A stretch of 64,000 nt of DNA, taken from NCBI GenBank assembly GCA_963718615.1, contig OY970368.1:1344001-1408000 (forward strand), given 5' to 3'. Positions 10,533 to 21,549 of the stretch are shown here, piece after piece; position 1 is the first letter of the stretch, and every line of letters begins with the position of its first letter. Made by a program: the position numbers and the translations under genes. The notes beneath the pieces were generated by a model. The model saw nothing but the letters and a program-made list of their open reading frames with translations. It made no database searches and was not told the DNA's origin. The DNA is from an uncultured cyanobacterium. Its GTDB lineage: Bacteria; Cyanobacteriota; Cyanobacteriia; PCC-9006; JAAUQQ01.

Positions 10533-13500
10533 ATGGAATTAGATTTGGACGTTGCTTGGCTAGTCGGTTGTGCGGGACTGGTCTTTATGATGCAGCCCGG
10601 ATTCATGTGTCTAGAGTCTGGGCTGACGCGTTCGAAAAACAGCATCAATGTGGCAGTCAAAAATCTGACGGATTTTGCCATTTCCGTGATGGTTTTTTGG
10701 CTATTTGGCTACGGCCTGCTGTTTGGGACCTCGCTGGGAGGCTGGATCGGGGGGGCGGGGTTTGTGCCGGAACTGTCGGATTCGGCGCGGCTGGCGGCGT
10801 TTTTTCTGTTTGAGGCGATGTTCTGCGGCACCGCTACGACGATTGTGTCCGGTGCGATCTCCGAGCGGATGCGCTACAGCGTTTATTTGGTGATCTGTTT
10901 AATTATTTCTGGGTTGATTTATCCCCTGTTTGGTCATTGGGCTTGGAATGGGATTGAAGCGGGTATTGCGGGGGGATGGTTGCGATCGCTCGGTTTCCTA
11001 GATTTCGCTGGCTCCACAGTGGTGCACAGCATCGGTGGCTGGGTCTCCCTGGCAGCACTCCTCGTCATCGGTCCCCGCATCGGTCGGTATAGCGAAGGCC
11101 GCGTCAACGAGCTCAATCGCTCCAGTCTACCCCTGTCGGTGCTCGGAACCATGCTCCTGTGGTTGGGCTGGATGGGGTTCAATGGCGGCAGCACACTGGC
11201 GTTTAACGACCAAATCCCCCGCGTGATTGTCCAAACCATTTTGGCCGGGTCGTCAGGGCTACTCTCGGCGGTGGCCTTGGGCTGGTCGCGGCGCAAGCTG
11301 CCCCAGGTGGAGGTGATGATCAATGGTTCCCTGGGGGGCCTGGTCTCAATTACGGCGGGCTGCAATGCCGTCTCAACGCCCCATGCAGCTTTAATTGGGG
11401 CCATAGGCGGCGTTGTCATGCTCTTGGCGACGGATCTGATGAACCGCTGTCGCATTGACGATGGCGTAGATGCGGTGGCCATCCATGGGTTTTGCGGCGT
11501 TTGGGGCACGCTAGCGGTGGCGCTGTTTGGGGATTTGGAGATTTTAGGGACGGGGTTGTCGCGGCATCAACAGGTAGCCGTGCAGTTGTTTGGCAGTGGC
11601 GTGGCGTTTGTTTGGGCCTTTGGGATGAGTTATCTCCTGCTCTGGGGACTCAATCGGCTCACACCGCTGCGGGTCTCAGCGGAGGAGGAAGAGCTGGGCC
11701 TCAATGTCTCGGAACATGGGGCCAAAACGGAGCTGTACGACCTCTTTCGGGTGATGGATGACCAGGCGCAGACGGGAAATTTTAGCCTGCGGGTGCCGGA
11801 AGTGCCCTATACGGAAGTGGGAAAAATTGCCTATCGCTATAACCAGGTGATGGCGACGGTGGAGTCCTATGCCAAACGGCTACAACGGTTTAACAACCGC
11901 CTCGAACGCAAAGTTGCGGAGCGAACCTCAGAACTGGCTCAAGCCAATGCAGAACTGACGCGGCTCCATACGGTCAAAGACCAGTTTTTAGCGAACACCT
12001 CCCATGAATTGCGCACCCCCCTCCACGGCATTATTGGCCTAGCGGAATCCATGCTCGACGGCTCAACGGGGCTGTTGTCGGTGGCCCAACAGCAAAATTT
12101 GTCGTTGATTGCCCAGAGCGGTCGGCGATTGGCCCATTTGGTCAATGATATTTTGGATTTTTCGCAATTGAAGCGCGATCGCTTGCAAATTCATCCCGGT
12201 AGCGTCGATCTGCATACCGTTGTGGATTTAATTCTGACCATGACCGAGGCCACCATCGGAAAAAAAAACGTTGCCCTTAGGAACCAAGTGCCCCCCGGAC
12301 TGCCACCGGTTTGGGCCGATGCCAATCGGTTGCAGCAGATCCTCTATAACCTAGTGGGAAACGGCATTAAATTTACGAATTCTGGGGCTGTGACCGTTTC
12401 GGCGCAGCGGAGAGCGGATCGGATTGAGGTGGCGATCGCCGACACCGGCATCGGTATTCCTGCCGACCAACACAGCCGTATTTTTGAATCCTTTGAACAG
12501 GGGGATGGCACAACCGCTCGCCGCTACGGGGGAACCGGCTTGGGATTGGCCGTAACCCAACAGTTGGTGCTCCTCCATGGGGGCGAACTCACTGTGGAAT
12601 CAACGGTAGGTGTAGGTTCAACCTTTCGGTTTTCATTGTCCATTAGTCAAGGGGTACCGGAACCCATATTGCCCAGCGCCCTAGCCCCCGCCCCCCCTCT
12701 AAGCAGTGCCTTCGCCAACGCTCTGGATTATCCCGATGCCTTAGAAATTTTGGCGGAGGCGGAGTTGGCGGCGGTGCAACAAAATGGCCGTCGTTTCAAG
12801 ATTTTGGTTGTTGACGATGAGCCGGTTAATTTACAGGTGTTGGTCAACCAACTGAGTCTAGAAAACTACGAAATTATTCAGGCCATGAGTGGGTTTGAAG
12901 CCCTGGAGATCATTGAGCAGGGGCTACAGCCAGATCTGATTTTGCTCGATGTGATGATGCCGCGCATGACGGGCTATGAGGTCTGCCACCGGCTGCGGGA
13001 GCGCTTTCCGGCCAACGAGTTGCCGATTCTGATGTTGACGGCCAAATCTCAATTGGCCGATATTGTCGAAGGCTTCCAGGAAGGAGCCAATGACTATTTG
13101 AATAAGCCCATTCAAAAACAGGAACTGCTGGCGCGTATGCGCACCCATTTGTATTTATCCAATCTCAATATTGCCTGTAGCCGATTTGTACCACGCCAAT
13201 TTTTACAGATCCTCAATAAGGAAAGCATTTTAGATGTGACCGTTGGCGATCAAATTCGTCAGGAAATGTCGATTTTGTTCTCCGATATCCGTGACTTCAC
13301 AACCCTAAGCGAACAGATGACGCCCGAAGACAACTTTCGGTTTATTAATGGCTATTTGTCGCGCATGGAACCTGCGATCGTGGAGAACCAAGGCTTTATT
13401 GACAAGTATATTGGTGATGCAATTATGGCGTTATTTGAGGAAGGGGCCGATGACGCGGTGCGGGCGGCGATCGCCATGCTTCAAACCCTTGAGGCTTATA

Positions 13501-13991
13501 ATCGCGATCGCCAAGCCCTAAACCGCACGCCGTTACGCATTGGCATCGGCATCAATACAGGCGATCTGATGCTCGGTACCGTCGGGGGACAAAGTCGGAT
13601 TGACGGCACGGTGATTGGCGATGTGGTGAATTTGGCCTCGCGTATGGAAGGTTTAACAAAGCGGTATCGGGTTCCTTTACTCATTAGTGAATCGACGTTC
13701 ACTCGGTTACAGGATGTGAGTGATTATGCCGTTCGGAAAATTGATCGGGTGCAGGTGAAGGGCAAGTCGGAATGGGTGTCGGTGTATGAGGTGTTTGAGG
13801 CAGATGCGCCGCAGTTGCGGATGAAGAAGTTGCGATCGCAAGTCAAATTTGAGGCGGCGATCGCGACATTCCATGAGGGGAGTTATGGTCAAGCGCAGGC
13901 GCAATTTAGCCAATATTTGGTCGAGAATTCGGCGGATTCGGTGGCGCAGGTTTATCTAGAGCGATGTGAGCAGGCGATCGCGGTGCTGTGA
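10533..13991 (+). CDS. Ammonium transporter-histidine kinase-receiver-class III adenylate cyclase fusion
   Basis: Amt: GFMCLESG, DFAGSTVVH, WMGFNGGS, DDGVDAVAIHG. HAMP-like linker. HisKA SHELRTPL. HATPase NLVGNGIKF, DTGIGI, GGTGLGL. REC ILVVDDE, LLDVMMP, YLNKP. Cyclase FSDIRDFT, DKYIGDAIM, TVIGDVVNLASRME. Confidence 0.92.
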   Translation: MELDLDVAWLVGCAGLVFMMQPGFMCLESGLTRSKNSINVAVKNLTDFAISVMVFWLFGYGLLFGTSLGGWIGGAGFVPELSDSARLAAFFLFEAMFCGTATTIVSGAISERMRYSVYLVICLIISGLIYPLFGHWAWNGIEAGIAGGWLRSLGFLDFAGSTVVHSIGGWVSLAALLVIGPRIGRYSEGRVNELNRSSLPLSVLGTMLLWLGWMGFNGGSTLAFNDQIPRVIVQTILAGSSGLLSAVALGWSRRKLPQVEVMINGSLGGLVSITAGCNAVSTPHAALIGAIGGVVMLLATDLMNRCRIDDGVDAVAIHGFCGVWGTLAVALFGDLEILGTGLSRHQQVAVQLFGSGVAFVWAFGMSYLLLWGLNRLTPLRVSAEEEELGLNVSEHGAKTELYDLFRVMDDQAQTGNFSLRVPEVPYTEVGKIAYRYNQVMATVESYAKRLQRFNNRLERKVAERTSELAQANAELTRLHTVKDQFLANTSHELRTPLHGIIGLAESMLDGSTGLLSVAQQQNLSLIAQSGRRLAHLVNDILDFSQLKRDRLQIHPGSVDLHTVVDLILTMTEATIGKKNVALRNQVPPGLPPVWADANRLQQILYNLVGNGIKFTNSGAVTVSAQRRADRIEVAIADTGIGIPADQHSRIFESFEQGDGTTARRYGGTGLGLAVTQQLVLLHGGELTVESTVGVGSTFRFSLSISQGVPEPILPSALAPAPPLSSAFANALDYPDALEILAEAELAAVQQNGRRFKILVVDDEPVNLQVLVNQLSLENYEIIQAMSGFEALEIIEQGLQPDLILLDVMMPRMTGYEVCHRLRERFPANELPILMLTAKSQLADIVEGFQEGANDYLNKPIQKQELLARMRTHLYLSNLNIACSRFVPRQFLQILNKESILDVTVGDQIRQEMSILFSDIRDFTTLSEQMTPEDNFRFINGYLSRMEPAIVENQGFIDKYIGDAIMALFEEGADDAVRAAIAMLQTLEAYNRDRQALNRTPLRIGIGINTGDLMLGTVGGQSRIDGTVIGDVVNLASRMEGLTKRYRVPLLISESTFTRLQDVSDYAVRKIDRVQVKGKSEWVSVYEVFEADAPQLRMKKLRSQVKFEAAIATFHEGSYGQAQAQFSQYLVENSADSVAQVYLERCEQAIAVL

Positions 13992-14046
13992 ACTACGATG
14001 AACCATTTTGTTTTAGGGGGTTTGTCTGTGTGTTTGTATGGCAACG

Positions 14047-14838
14047 CTAAAGGCTATCGGGATCAACTCCAAGCTCTCGAAGTTTTTGGGCTAAACGTTC
14101 AGCGCGTTGGGCTTCTTGCTCGGCGCATTGGGCTTCTTGAGCGGCGTACTGGGTTGCTTGGTGCGCTTTTTCTTCCTGAGTGGGGATCAGGGTATCGTCG
14201 AGGTTTGCCCAGCGAAGCCAAGTCGCTGTAACAGTGTGATAAATACCACTCCAGCGAACTAGCTTGAGGCCCAAACTGGGACTGAGGATGCTGCCATCTG
14301 GGGCGATGGGTAGAGGCTGATAGTGAGCATTTTGTAGGGTAAAACCAGCCCAATCTTCGGGGTTGAAGGGGTCGTACCAAAATTATTCTGAAATGCGCAT
14401 TTGGTTCTGATAAATATCGCGTTTTATGGTTTTATCTGCTGTGGCGGTGCTGTTGGAGAGGAGTTCAATCACGAGGTCTGGACTTTTTCCTTCTTCCCAC
14501 ACAACCCAGCTTAGACGCTCTTTCGGATCGACATCCAGGGCAATAAAGAAGTCAGGGCCTCGATAATCGCGATTCCTCACTTGTTCAAGGCTGAAATAGA
14601 CGAACATGTTACCGCTGACGTAGCTATTGGGGCGATGGAGACTGAGCCAAGTGTGGGCGGTTTCGATGAGCAGATCCCTCTGAAGCTTGTGACGCTGAGT
14701 TTCCATAGGAATATCATCACAACAGGGGAGGTCGTATTGGGTGGGAGGCAGTGAGGTCAGTCCCTCGGGTAACTCAATGGGAGGTGAGGGGGTGAAGGGG
14801 GTTGCAGTGGGACTGGTGGTGGGGTTGAGACCTGTCAT
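14047..14838 (-). pseudogene. Uma2 (DUF820) family nuclease-fold protein, disrupted
   Basis: Uma2 motifs PMETQRH, GPDFF, SWVVWEEGKSPDLVIELLS. An in-frame TAA at 14383-14385 reads RISE*FWYDP (normally EYFWYDP). A 1-bp deletion near 14300 shifts the frame to DGSILSPSLGLKLVRW...KLRELGVDP. Confidence 0.85.
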
Positions 14839-15046
14839 GGGATTTCCTGGCGATAAACCTTGAAATTGAACCTTGTGCCTACATGTCGCTATTGTAATGG
14901 ATTGGGTTGAGGCGATCTCAACGGGCGTAGATTAGCCATTCGAGGAATACAGATGTGTAGTGTCTAGGACAGAGGAAGATAAAGGTTCAAAGCGTTAGTT
15001 GACCCAAGCGAGTCGAAGAACGACAAGATGGTTGAAGCCGTCCTCA

Positions 15047-15784
15047 TTACTTCTTAATCGCAGTTAAGCGGATATTAAAGGCTAAAAATTTTGGATAAGA
15101 AATACCACTTTCCCAAGCTCTAAAACGGTTTAAATTTTGATGTATTCTTTGAGGCAGAAGATGCATTCGGGAGTCTATCGCAAGTATCCAAGTAAAGAAA
15201 GGCATAAACAAACCACAGTACTGCACTTTGGAAAGTGTAAACCTTTCTCCTAAAAGATTCTGTACTTCAGTGAAAGAAACATGTTTATGCCCTAATTCAA
15301 CTGGATCACTCGGAACATATCCACTGATCTTCATATAAAAACGGTAAATTCTAGAGAATCGACGTTTGAAATCCATTGGATCAGCCCAAGCAAATGCTCC
15401 TTGATAGGGAGCTGTAAAAATAAATAAACCACCTTTCTTTAAGACTCTATAAGACTCATTGATGACCAATTGTTTATTTTCATCTCCAACATGTTCAATG
15501 ACATCGGACAGCACTACTACATCAAATTCTTCACTTGGATAAGGCAAAGTTGCTGCAGTTTGATGTACTAAATTTAAATAAGGATAATTAACTGCTGCTT
15601 GCTTAAGGGCTTCCTCATGCATATCAATTCCATAAAGAGCTTTTGATTTGTCTTGTAGCTTGGCTAATGTCCATCCAAACGAGCATCCAACATCTAGAAT
15701 TTTGTTTACAGGAGTCTCAATCGAGTCGAGCACAAAGTCACTCCGATCGCCACCTAGATTTTTAAGACCAAGTATGAGCAACAT
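15047..15784 (-). CDS. Class I SAM-dependent methyltransferase
   Basis: ILDVGCSFG motif I, FDVVVLSDVIEHV, RVLKKGG. Likely start ATG 15784 after AAGGAAGG. Confidence 0.85.
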   Translation of the reverse strand: MLLILGLKNLGGDRSDFVLDSIETPVNKILDVGCSFGWTLAKLQDKSKALYGIDMHEEALKQAAVNYPYLNLVHQTAATLPYPSEEFDVVVLSDVIEHVGDENKQLVINESYRVLKKGGLFIFTAPYQGAFAWADPMDFKRRFSRIYRFYMKISGYVPSDPVELGHKHVSFTEVQNLLGERFTLSKVQYCGLFMPFFTWILAIDSRMHLLPQRIHQNLNRFRAWESGISYPKFLAFNIRLTAIKK

Positions 15785-15860
15785 GTAATACCTTCCTTTT
15801 CTACAAAACAACACTGTAATGACTAACTGTAACAATTTAGCTCTGAAGAACTTGCTGTGC

Positions 15861-16949
15861 TTACACACATATCCTCTGAAGAGCATGAGAGACTCGTTCT
15901 GATAAAAATTTATAATCAAAGGTCTTGATAGCAACTTGACATGCTTGATCTTTGGTTTTTGAAAACTGATTTTTTTCTATAAGCCAATCTAGTTCTTTTG
16001 CCAACCGTAGGGGATAATTCTCATCTTTTACCCCGTTGTAAGGCAAAAGGCTACCAATACCAGGTAATACATTCTTAGCTTCTCCTACATCTGTTGCAAT
16101 TACATATTTACCATAGGCTAAATACAAGGGTAGTTTCCCTGTTGTCCTAACCATGCCGACTAAATCATTAGATTGTGTAGAGATACAAATATCCATCGTA
16201 GCCAAGTACTTAGGAAGCTCAGAATACGAAACTTGACCAATAAACTTGAGTTTGCTTATAACTCCTAATTCTTTTGCTCGCTCCTCTAGAATTTTTCTAC
16301 CATTTCCATCTCCTACCAAAAGACCCATTATTGGTTTTTCTTTCAGGAAAGCCAACGCTTCAACAATATCCCAGCCATAGCACATTTGATAGCGCTCAGA
16401 CCAAGACATAGTTCCAATCATGCCAACAACAACTTGTTTTTCTAAGCCCAGTTCTGCCTTTACTACATTACTTTCAGGCTTAATAATATTACTAGTGACT
16501 ACTCCATCTGGAACAAATTCAACATTTTCTATACCCTGACCTTTCAGAAAATCCTTATGATAACTACCACGAACAATTAATAAATTAGAGTGATGGATTG
16601 CTAGATTCTCAATGAAGCTAATCAACTTTAGCTGTAGTGTAGAATAATTTCCCGTAGACTTGGCAAGCTCAAAGGCTACATCTCCTGTGTCAACGACTAG
16701 TTTACAGCGAAGCAATATCTTGACTAAGTACCCCGCTAGAACTCCTGCATAGGCGGTGTCCATTACATAAACAACATCTGGTCTAAATTTTAGACTAGAA
16801 AAAATAAATCGCCCAATACTCTTCCATTTAGGTATTCCTCTATATTCGAATAAAATTTTCCAGTGGGATGGGAAAAATTTGGAGAATGTTTGTGCTCTTA
16901 TCCCTGCTGAACTGGACTGAGAACCATTGATGAGAAAGATTATTTTCAT
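15861..16949 (-). CDS. Glycosyltransferase (GT4-like, GT-B fold)
   Basis: LLVGDGNGR, FIGQVSY, KLPLYLAYGKYVIATDVGE. Confidence 0.85.
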   Translation of the reverse strand: MKIIFLINGSQSSSAGIRAQTFSKFFPSHWKILFEYRGIPKWKSIGRFIFSSLKFRPDVVYVMDTAYAGVLAGYLVKILLRCKLVVDTGDVAFELAKSTGNYSTLQLKLISFIENLAIHHSNLLIVRGSYHKDFLKGQGIENVEFVPDGVVTSNIIKPESNVVKAELGLEKQVVVGMIGTMSWSERYQMCYGWDIVEALAFLKEKPIMGLLVGDGNGRKILEERAKELGVISKLKFIGQVSYSELPKYLATMDICISTQSNDLVGMVRTTGKLPLYLAYGKYVIATDVGEAKNVLPGIGSLLPYNGVKDENYPLRLAKELDWLIEKNQFSKTKDQACQVAIKTFDYKFLSERVSHALQRICV

Positions 16950-17027
16950 AGAGATAAATTAAAATATAATTATATTACGTGCTCTGAAAAGTGTCTCTAG
17001 TTCAAGACTTTAGCAAGATGTTATAAA

Positions 17028-17474
17028 CTATCTCTCCACATGGTTGTTAATAGGTCGTGCGGGTACACCCACAACGATTTGTCCAGGTAAAACGTTTTTA
17101 GTAACAACAGCACCAGCACCTACAATGGCTCCTTCTCCTATAATAAGGTCTTTGTTCTCTCTACTTACTATTGTTGCATTTGCCCCAATAGTTACGCCAT
17201 CATGAATAATAATTCTATAAGGGGAACCAATCCATGTTGATGTGGCTAGGGTCACCCTATGAAAAATAGTGACTTTTTTACCGATTTTCACATTGGGATG
17301 AATAACAACTCCTAAAGCAAAGTGTGCTAGGCAAATATCATCTTCAAAATCAGCCTCATAGGGCAACACCGCATGAAAAATGAGAAAGATAAGTGCTTTT
17401 ATTATTTTGGCGATTAACTTGAGATTATGCCTATAAGCAAGAGAACTGAGTTTCCAGAAAAATACAGGTTTCAT
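17028..17474 (-). CDS. Hexapeptide-repeat (serine O-acetyltransferase/WcaB-like) acetyltransferase
   Basis: HFALGVVIHPNVKIG, IGEGAIVGAGAVVTKNV, VGVPAR. Confidence 0.85.
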   Translation of the reverse strand: MKPVFFWKLSSLAYRHNLKLIAKIIKALIFLIFHAVLPYEADFEDDICLAHFALGVVIHPNVKIGKKVTIFHRVTLATSTWIGSPYRIIIHDGVTIGANATIVSRENKDLIIGEGAIVGAGAVVTKNVLPGQIVVGVPARPINNHVER

Positions 17475-17679
17475 GTATGAGCAGCAAATAACTTAGTTGA
17501 CTTTGCTAGGATGAAAAAATGAGTATTTGACTGATGCAAGACCCAGTCCTAGAAGTACACAAAACGGAATTCTACTAATTTAATCTTTAGTTATTGTTGC
17601 CTTAACAACGATCGTAAAAGATGCTTACTCGCTAAATATTTCGTATTTCATCGTAGTAAAAACTCCATACTTTCTCATC

Positions 17680-18750
17680 TTATTTATTAAACTCTAAGAC
17701 TGCTTGCTCATAAAATTTCTCATGAGTTATAGCAATATTTTTCCAAGAGAAAAGAAATGCACGTCTCAATCCCTTTTCTTCTAGATAACACCGCTTTTCT
17801 GAGTCTTTCAATAAGTCGATAATTGCCTGAGAGAATAATTCATCGGTTTTCATCATGCCGTACTCTCCATCTGCCAAAACATGTTCCGCTCCTTCATTTG
17901 GAGACGATACTATTGCGACTCCACTTGCAAGAGCTTCTAAATAAGGAATGCCAAACCCTTCGTATATACTAGGATAGGCAAAGATCCACGAGCTACGAAA
18001 TAAGACTGCCAGCTCTTGATCAGAAGGAAAACGAATATATGTTACATTGGGGTGTAAAGGACAATAATCAGACACCATATATAGCTGAGCAGCTGGAAAG
18101 CTCAATAGTATTTCTTCTACAAATTGCTGAAAAATAAACTTTCCTCTTTTACGTCCCTCCCATGTTCCAACAAACAGAATGGATGGAAATGTTGTTTTTT
18201 TACCGGGATAAAATACGGTTAAGTCAACGCCATTGTCAACGGTAGCTCTAGTATTGTATATTTTTTTGGTCTCTTTACCGATCGCAAGGGTTAAGGTTGA
18301 CAATCTTTTAGAGAAATGCTCTAAGCGATAGATTAAATACTGTGAGATTCTGCGTTTCAGCGATGTACTTGAATTAGCTTCCTTTAAAGCTGAGCCATGC
18401 ATTGTCCTTACTGTTGCTCTCTGACGATTCCAGAAAAACCAATCGTCTCCATGTAAATGAATAACGTCAAACTCCCTGAAATCTATAAAATTAAGCAGTA
18501 AGGGAAATAAAACTAGTCTTGCTATTCTTTTGAAATTACATGAGTCAAGGTAGGGGAATATATGAACATGGTTATATTTTGCATCTGGTGGGCATGATGT
18601 AGGACTAAAAACAGTTACTTCATTGCTCAAGGAAACTTCTACCAACGAATTGGCAAGACGGTGGATAGCAAAATCAACTCCGCCTATTTTTCGGTTAGAT
18701 TCAGGTACATGTAAGTCGGGTAATGAGCTAGCTATTATTGCGATTTTCAT
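17680..18750 (-). CDS. Glycosyltransferase family 4
   Basis: GGVD near the N-terminus, PSIYEGFGIPYLEALASG (E-X7-E). Likely start ATG 18750. Confidence 0.9.
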   Translation of the reverse strand: MKIAIIASSLPDLHVPESNRKIGGVDFAIHRLANSLVEVSLSNEVTVFSPTSCPPDAKYNHVHIFPYLDSCNFKRIARLVLFPLLLNFIDFREFDVIHLHGDDWFFWNRQRATVRTMHGSALKEANSSTSLKRRISQYLIYRLEHFSKRLSTLTLAIGKETKKIYNTRATVDNGVDLTVFYPGKKTTFPSILFVGTWEGRKRGKFIFQQFVEEILLSFPAAQLYMVSDYCPLHPNVTYIRFPSDQELAVLFRSSWIFAYPSIYEGFGIPYLEALASGVAIVSSPNEGAEHVLADGEYGMMKTDELFSQAIIDLLKDSEKRCYLEEKGLRRAFLFSWKNIAITHEKFYEQAVLEFNK

Positions 18751-18934
18751 GGTATGCAAATAAAATCTAGAAGAGAAATAACTAATATAATATCCGTTCA
18801 ATAAGTCTTGGAATTACTGACCTCAAACCCTTATGGAACAAAGAGCGGTTGTTCTATGAATTTCTTGGACTCTATATAACTAACTAAAACATTCAATACC
18901 TGTCTGCATAACTAAAATTAGACTCATGAAGTGA

Positions 18935-20047
18935 TTATATAAGTAGCTCTTGTACAGAAATAATAAATTGACTAGCATATTTTTCAGCAGAGAAATCTTG
19001 AGCTCGAATCAACGCATTGTAACCAACTTCGCTCATTAGAGATGGATGATCTAAATAGTTTAATATTGCTTTTTGTAAGCTCTTTACATCAGAATAAGGA
19101 ATAAGCGTTCCATAAAGATTCGAATCTATAATTTCTTTTGGACCTCCCTCATTAGTCGCAATAACTGGTTTACCCATTGCCATCGCTTCTACAATGACTA
19201 AACCAAAGGGTTCGTTCTTAGAAGCATGAATAACAATATCCATGGCATGCATCCACTCTTGAACATTTGTTTGTTGGCCAACCATGATAACTCGTTCAGA
19301 AATATTATATTTACAAACCAAGGATTTTAAATAATCTGTATATTCAGCCTCTAAGTCATGCTTTCCTCCTACAATAAGACAGTACGCAGAAGGATATTTC
19401 TCCAGAACAAAGGGCATTGCTTGAATTAAGACATGAATTCCTTTCCAGTGTTGCAACCTACCAACAATGCCGATAATAGGCACATCAGTAGGTAATTTGA
19501 GCTTTGTGCGTGTGTTTACCACACTTGTAAAAGCCTGTTTGTTAAATACTTCAAGATTGATTCCCGGTCTAACAACTCGGGTTGATCGATGTGGAAAAAA
19601 CTTTTGCTGCTCAATACTAGTTTCTCTCGAAACATTTAACACGCCTTTTGACGGTAAAAACGAGCTAAATCTATGAAGAAAACTCCCTAAGTCGGGATTA
19701 TCATGATTGTACCAGATCGATGGTACTCGTGCGATAAAGGACGCTATCCCAGCATATAAATGGGCTTTTGTTGCCCAACTTACTACTACATCTACATTTT
19801 CTTCTTTAAATAGGAAAGCCAATCGAAATACGGTTTGGCAAAACAAAAATACATTTCTTAGGCGGCCACTTTCTATAATCTCAGTCCTGACATGTAAACA
19901 GGTTATCTGATCACATAAGGTTCCGCTCTTTAAGAAAATTACTAGCCACTCATGTTGTTTGCACGAAACTTGTCTTAATAAATTGACGAGAGCAATTTCT
20001 GCTCCTCCCTTTTGCTCAGCAAAAGGTACTACGATAGCGATTTTCAT
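18935..20047 (-). CDS. Glycosyltransferase family 4
   Basis: GGAE, VGRLQHWKG, EPFGLVIVEAMAMGKPVI. Confidence 0.92.
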   Translation of the reverse strand: MKIAIVVPFAEQKGGAEIALVNLLRQVSCKQHEWLVIFLKSGTLCDQITCLHVRTEIIESGRLRNVFLFCQTVFRLAFLFKEENVDVVVSWATKAHLYAGIASFIARVPSIWYNHDNPDLGSFLHRFSSFLPSKGVLNVSRETSIEQQKFFPHRSTRVVRPGINLEVFNKQAFTSVVNTRTKLKLPTDVPIIGIVGRLQHWKGIHVLIQAMPFVLEKYPSAYCLIVGGKHDLEAEYTDYLKSLVCKYNISERVIMVGQQTNVQEWMHAMDIVIHASKNEPFGLVIVEAMAMGKPVIATNEGGPKEIIDSNLYGTLIPYSDVKSLQKAILNYLDHPSLMSEVGYNALIRAQDFSAEKYASQFIISVQELLI

Positions 20048-20053
20048 TATATT

Positions 20054-21484
20054 TCAACCTTGAAGATTGTACTTTTCTTGATTGCTACGATATTTATAGC
20101 CAGCAATAGCAAGACCAGAAATGCCCCAAAATAGAACACTAGGAAGTAAGATAAACATATTATTGCTAGAAAGAGTGGAAAACATTCCTACACTAGACAT
20201 TATAGAGGCCAGGATAAATGAATCTTTCCTATACTTCAGACACTGATTTAAAGTATAGAATATCAAGAAAATAGCACAAACATAGGGTGCTAGTCCTATC
20301 CATCCCAATATAGCTAACGGTTCGAGAAGGCCTGCGTCAACGGTGCCTGCTCCTCCCATACCTCGACCGATAACTTCAGATACGATTTGATTCAGTAAAT
20401 CTGCATAAATTCTTTGTCTAACTAATAGGCTACCGTCACTACCTACATTTAAAAATGTTTGTATTCTTTCTAAGACAGTATCTGTAAAATTTGAATTGAA
20501 TAAAAGAGGAGATGAAAACAAAAGACCGAGAAATATATTTCTAATCATGAACGATTTAACACGAAAATTGGAGAATATAAAAACACCAATAAAAGTTAAT
20601 CCCCAACCAAGCCATGCAGCTCGGACAAGAGATAAAAGAAAGGATATAAAACCAGGTAATATTGCCAAGATTGAGAATTTTCTATAATTTGAAAATACAA
20701 ATGTTAATGTTGTAATCATAGTTACAGAAAAAACCATAGGAGTGTTTACAGTACTCCAAACCCTTAACATATAAGGCTCTGGCCATCCGATAGAACTCTG
20801 AAGGTTGGGGGAGTTGTTCCACCAAAATACATCCCAAGCGGGAGCAAAAGCATACTGGTACATACCATATGCTCCCATTACAAGCGTCGCCCAGAAAAAG
20901 ACATCCTGAGTTATTTTCATATGAATTGGATAGTTTCTCCAATTCATATTTAAGTAGAATCCAATACTGATCGCTGGAAACCACATCAACACGCCTCTGC
21001 CAATTTCTAATAACGAGTATTCTCTTAAAAATCCCACGATAAAAGCATAAAGAATGGATGTAGTGGCCAACATATAAGGCAGTCCATCTTTTTTAACAAA
21101 CTGAGGCCCATAACGAAAAAGATATTCTGTGCAAACAAAAGAAACCAAGTATGGTGAAAGAATTATCATTTTAAACTCTCCACCAGAAGTTCCACTCTGA
21201 TATTCGACAATCCTAGAGACTAATGGTGATAAAAACCAAATCCACCAATTAAAGCCAATATAGAGAGATGGATATTTTGAATACAAAAATACTGCAATTA
21301 TGAAGCTTCCGGCAGGGAAAGCCAATTGAAGTATTTGACTTACATGTAATAAGATAGAGGAAATTATAAGTATTAAAAATACAAATATTAATGACCATGC
21401 CGTAGCTGGTTTTGGAATTAAAGAAAGTGTTTTTATGATTTTTCTTTTCTTTTTTCCTAGCATTGAACTTGAAACTGGATTCAT
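20054..21484 (-). CDS. Polytopic membrane protein, O-antigen ligase/Wzy polymerase-like
   Basis: About 11 hydrophobic segments, LSLVRAAWLG, periplasmic loop DGSLLVR..GRGMG, located inside a GT cluster. Confidence 0.75.
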   Translation of the reverse strand: MNPVSSSMLGKKKRKIIKTLSLIPKPATAWSLIFVFLILIISSILLHVSQILQLAFPAGSFIIAVFLYSKYPSLYIGFNWWIWFLSPLVSRIVEYQSGTSGGEFKMIILSPYLVSFVCTEYLFRYGPQFVKKDGLPYMLATTSILYAFIVGFLREYSLLEIGRGVLMWFPAISIGFYLNMNWRNYPIHMKITQDVFFWATLVMGAYGMYQYAFAPAWDVFWWNNSPNLQSSIGWPEPYMLRVWSTVNTPMVFSVTMITTLTFVFSNYRKFSILAILPGFISFLLSLVRAAWLGWGLTFIGVFIFSNFRVKSFMIRNIFLGLLFSSPLLFNSNFTDTVLERIQTFLNVGSDGSLLVRQRIYADLLNQIVSEVIGRGMGGAGTVDAGLLEPLAILGWIGLAPYVCAIFLIFYTLNQCLKYRKDSFILASIMSSVGMFSTLSSNNMFILLPSVLFWGISGLAIAGYKYRSNQEKYNLQG

Positions 21485-21549
21485 TTTTAGATCCTTAACT
21501 AAAGTGATTTCATGTCAAAATTAAATCTTTATAGACTTAAAATCATCAG

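Noticed and set aside
18821-18847. CTCAAACCCTTATGGAACAAAGAG, faintly similar to part of the 90-bp repeat and to CRISPR-leader-like motifs
   Set aside because: Too short and divergent, and no array follows.
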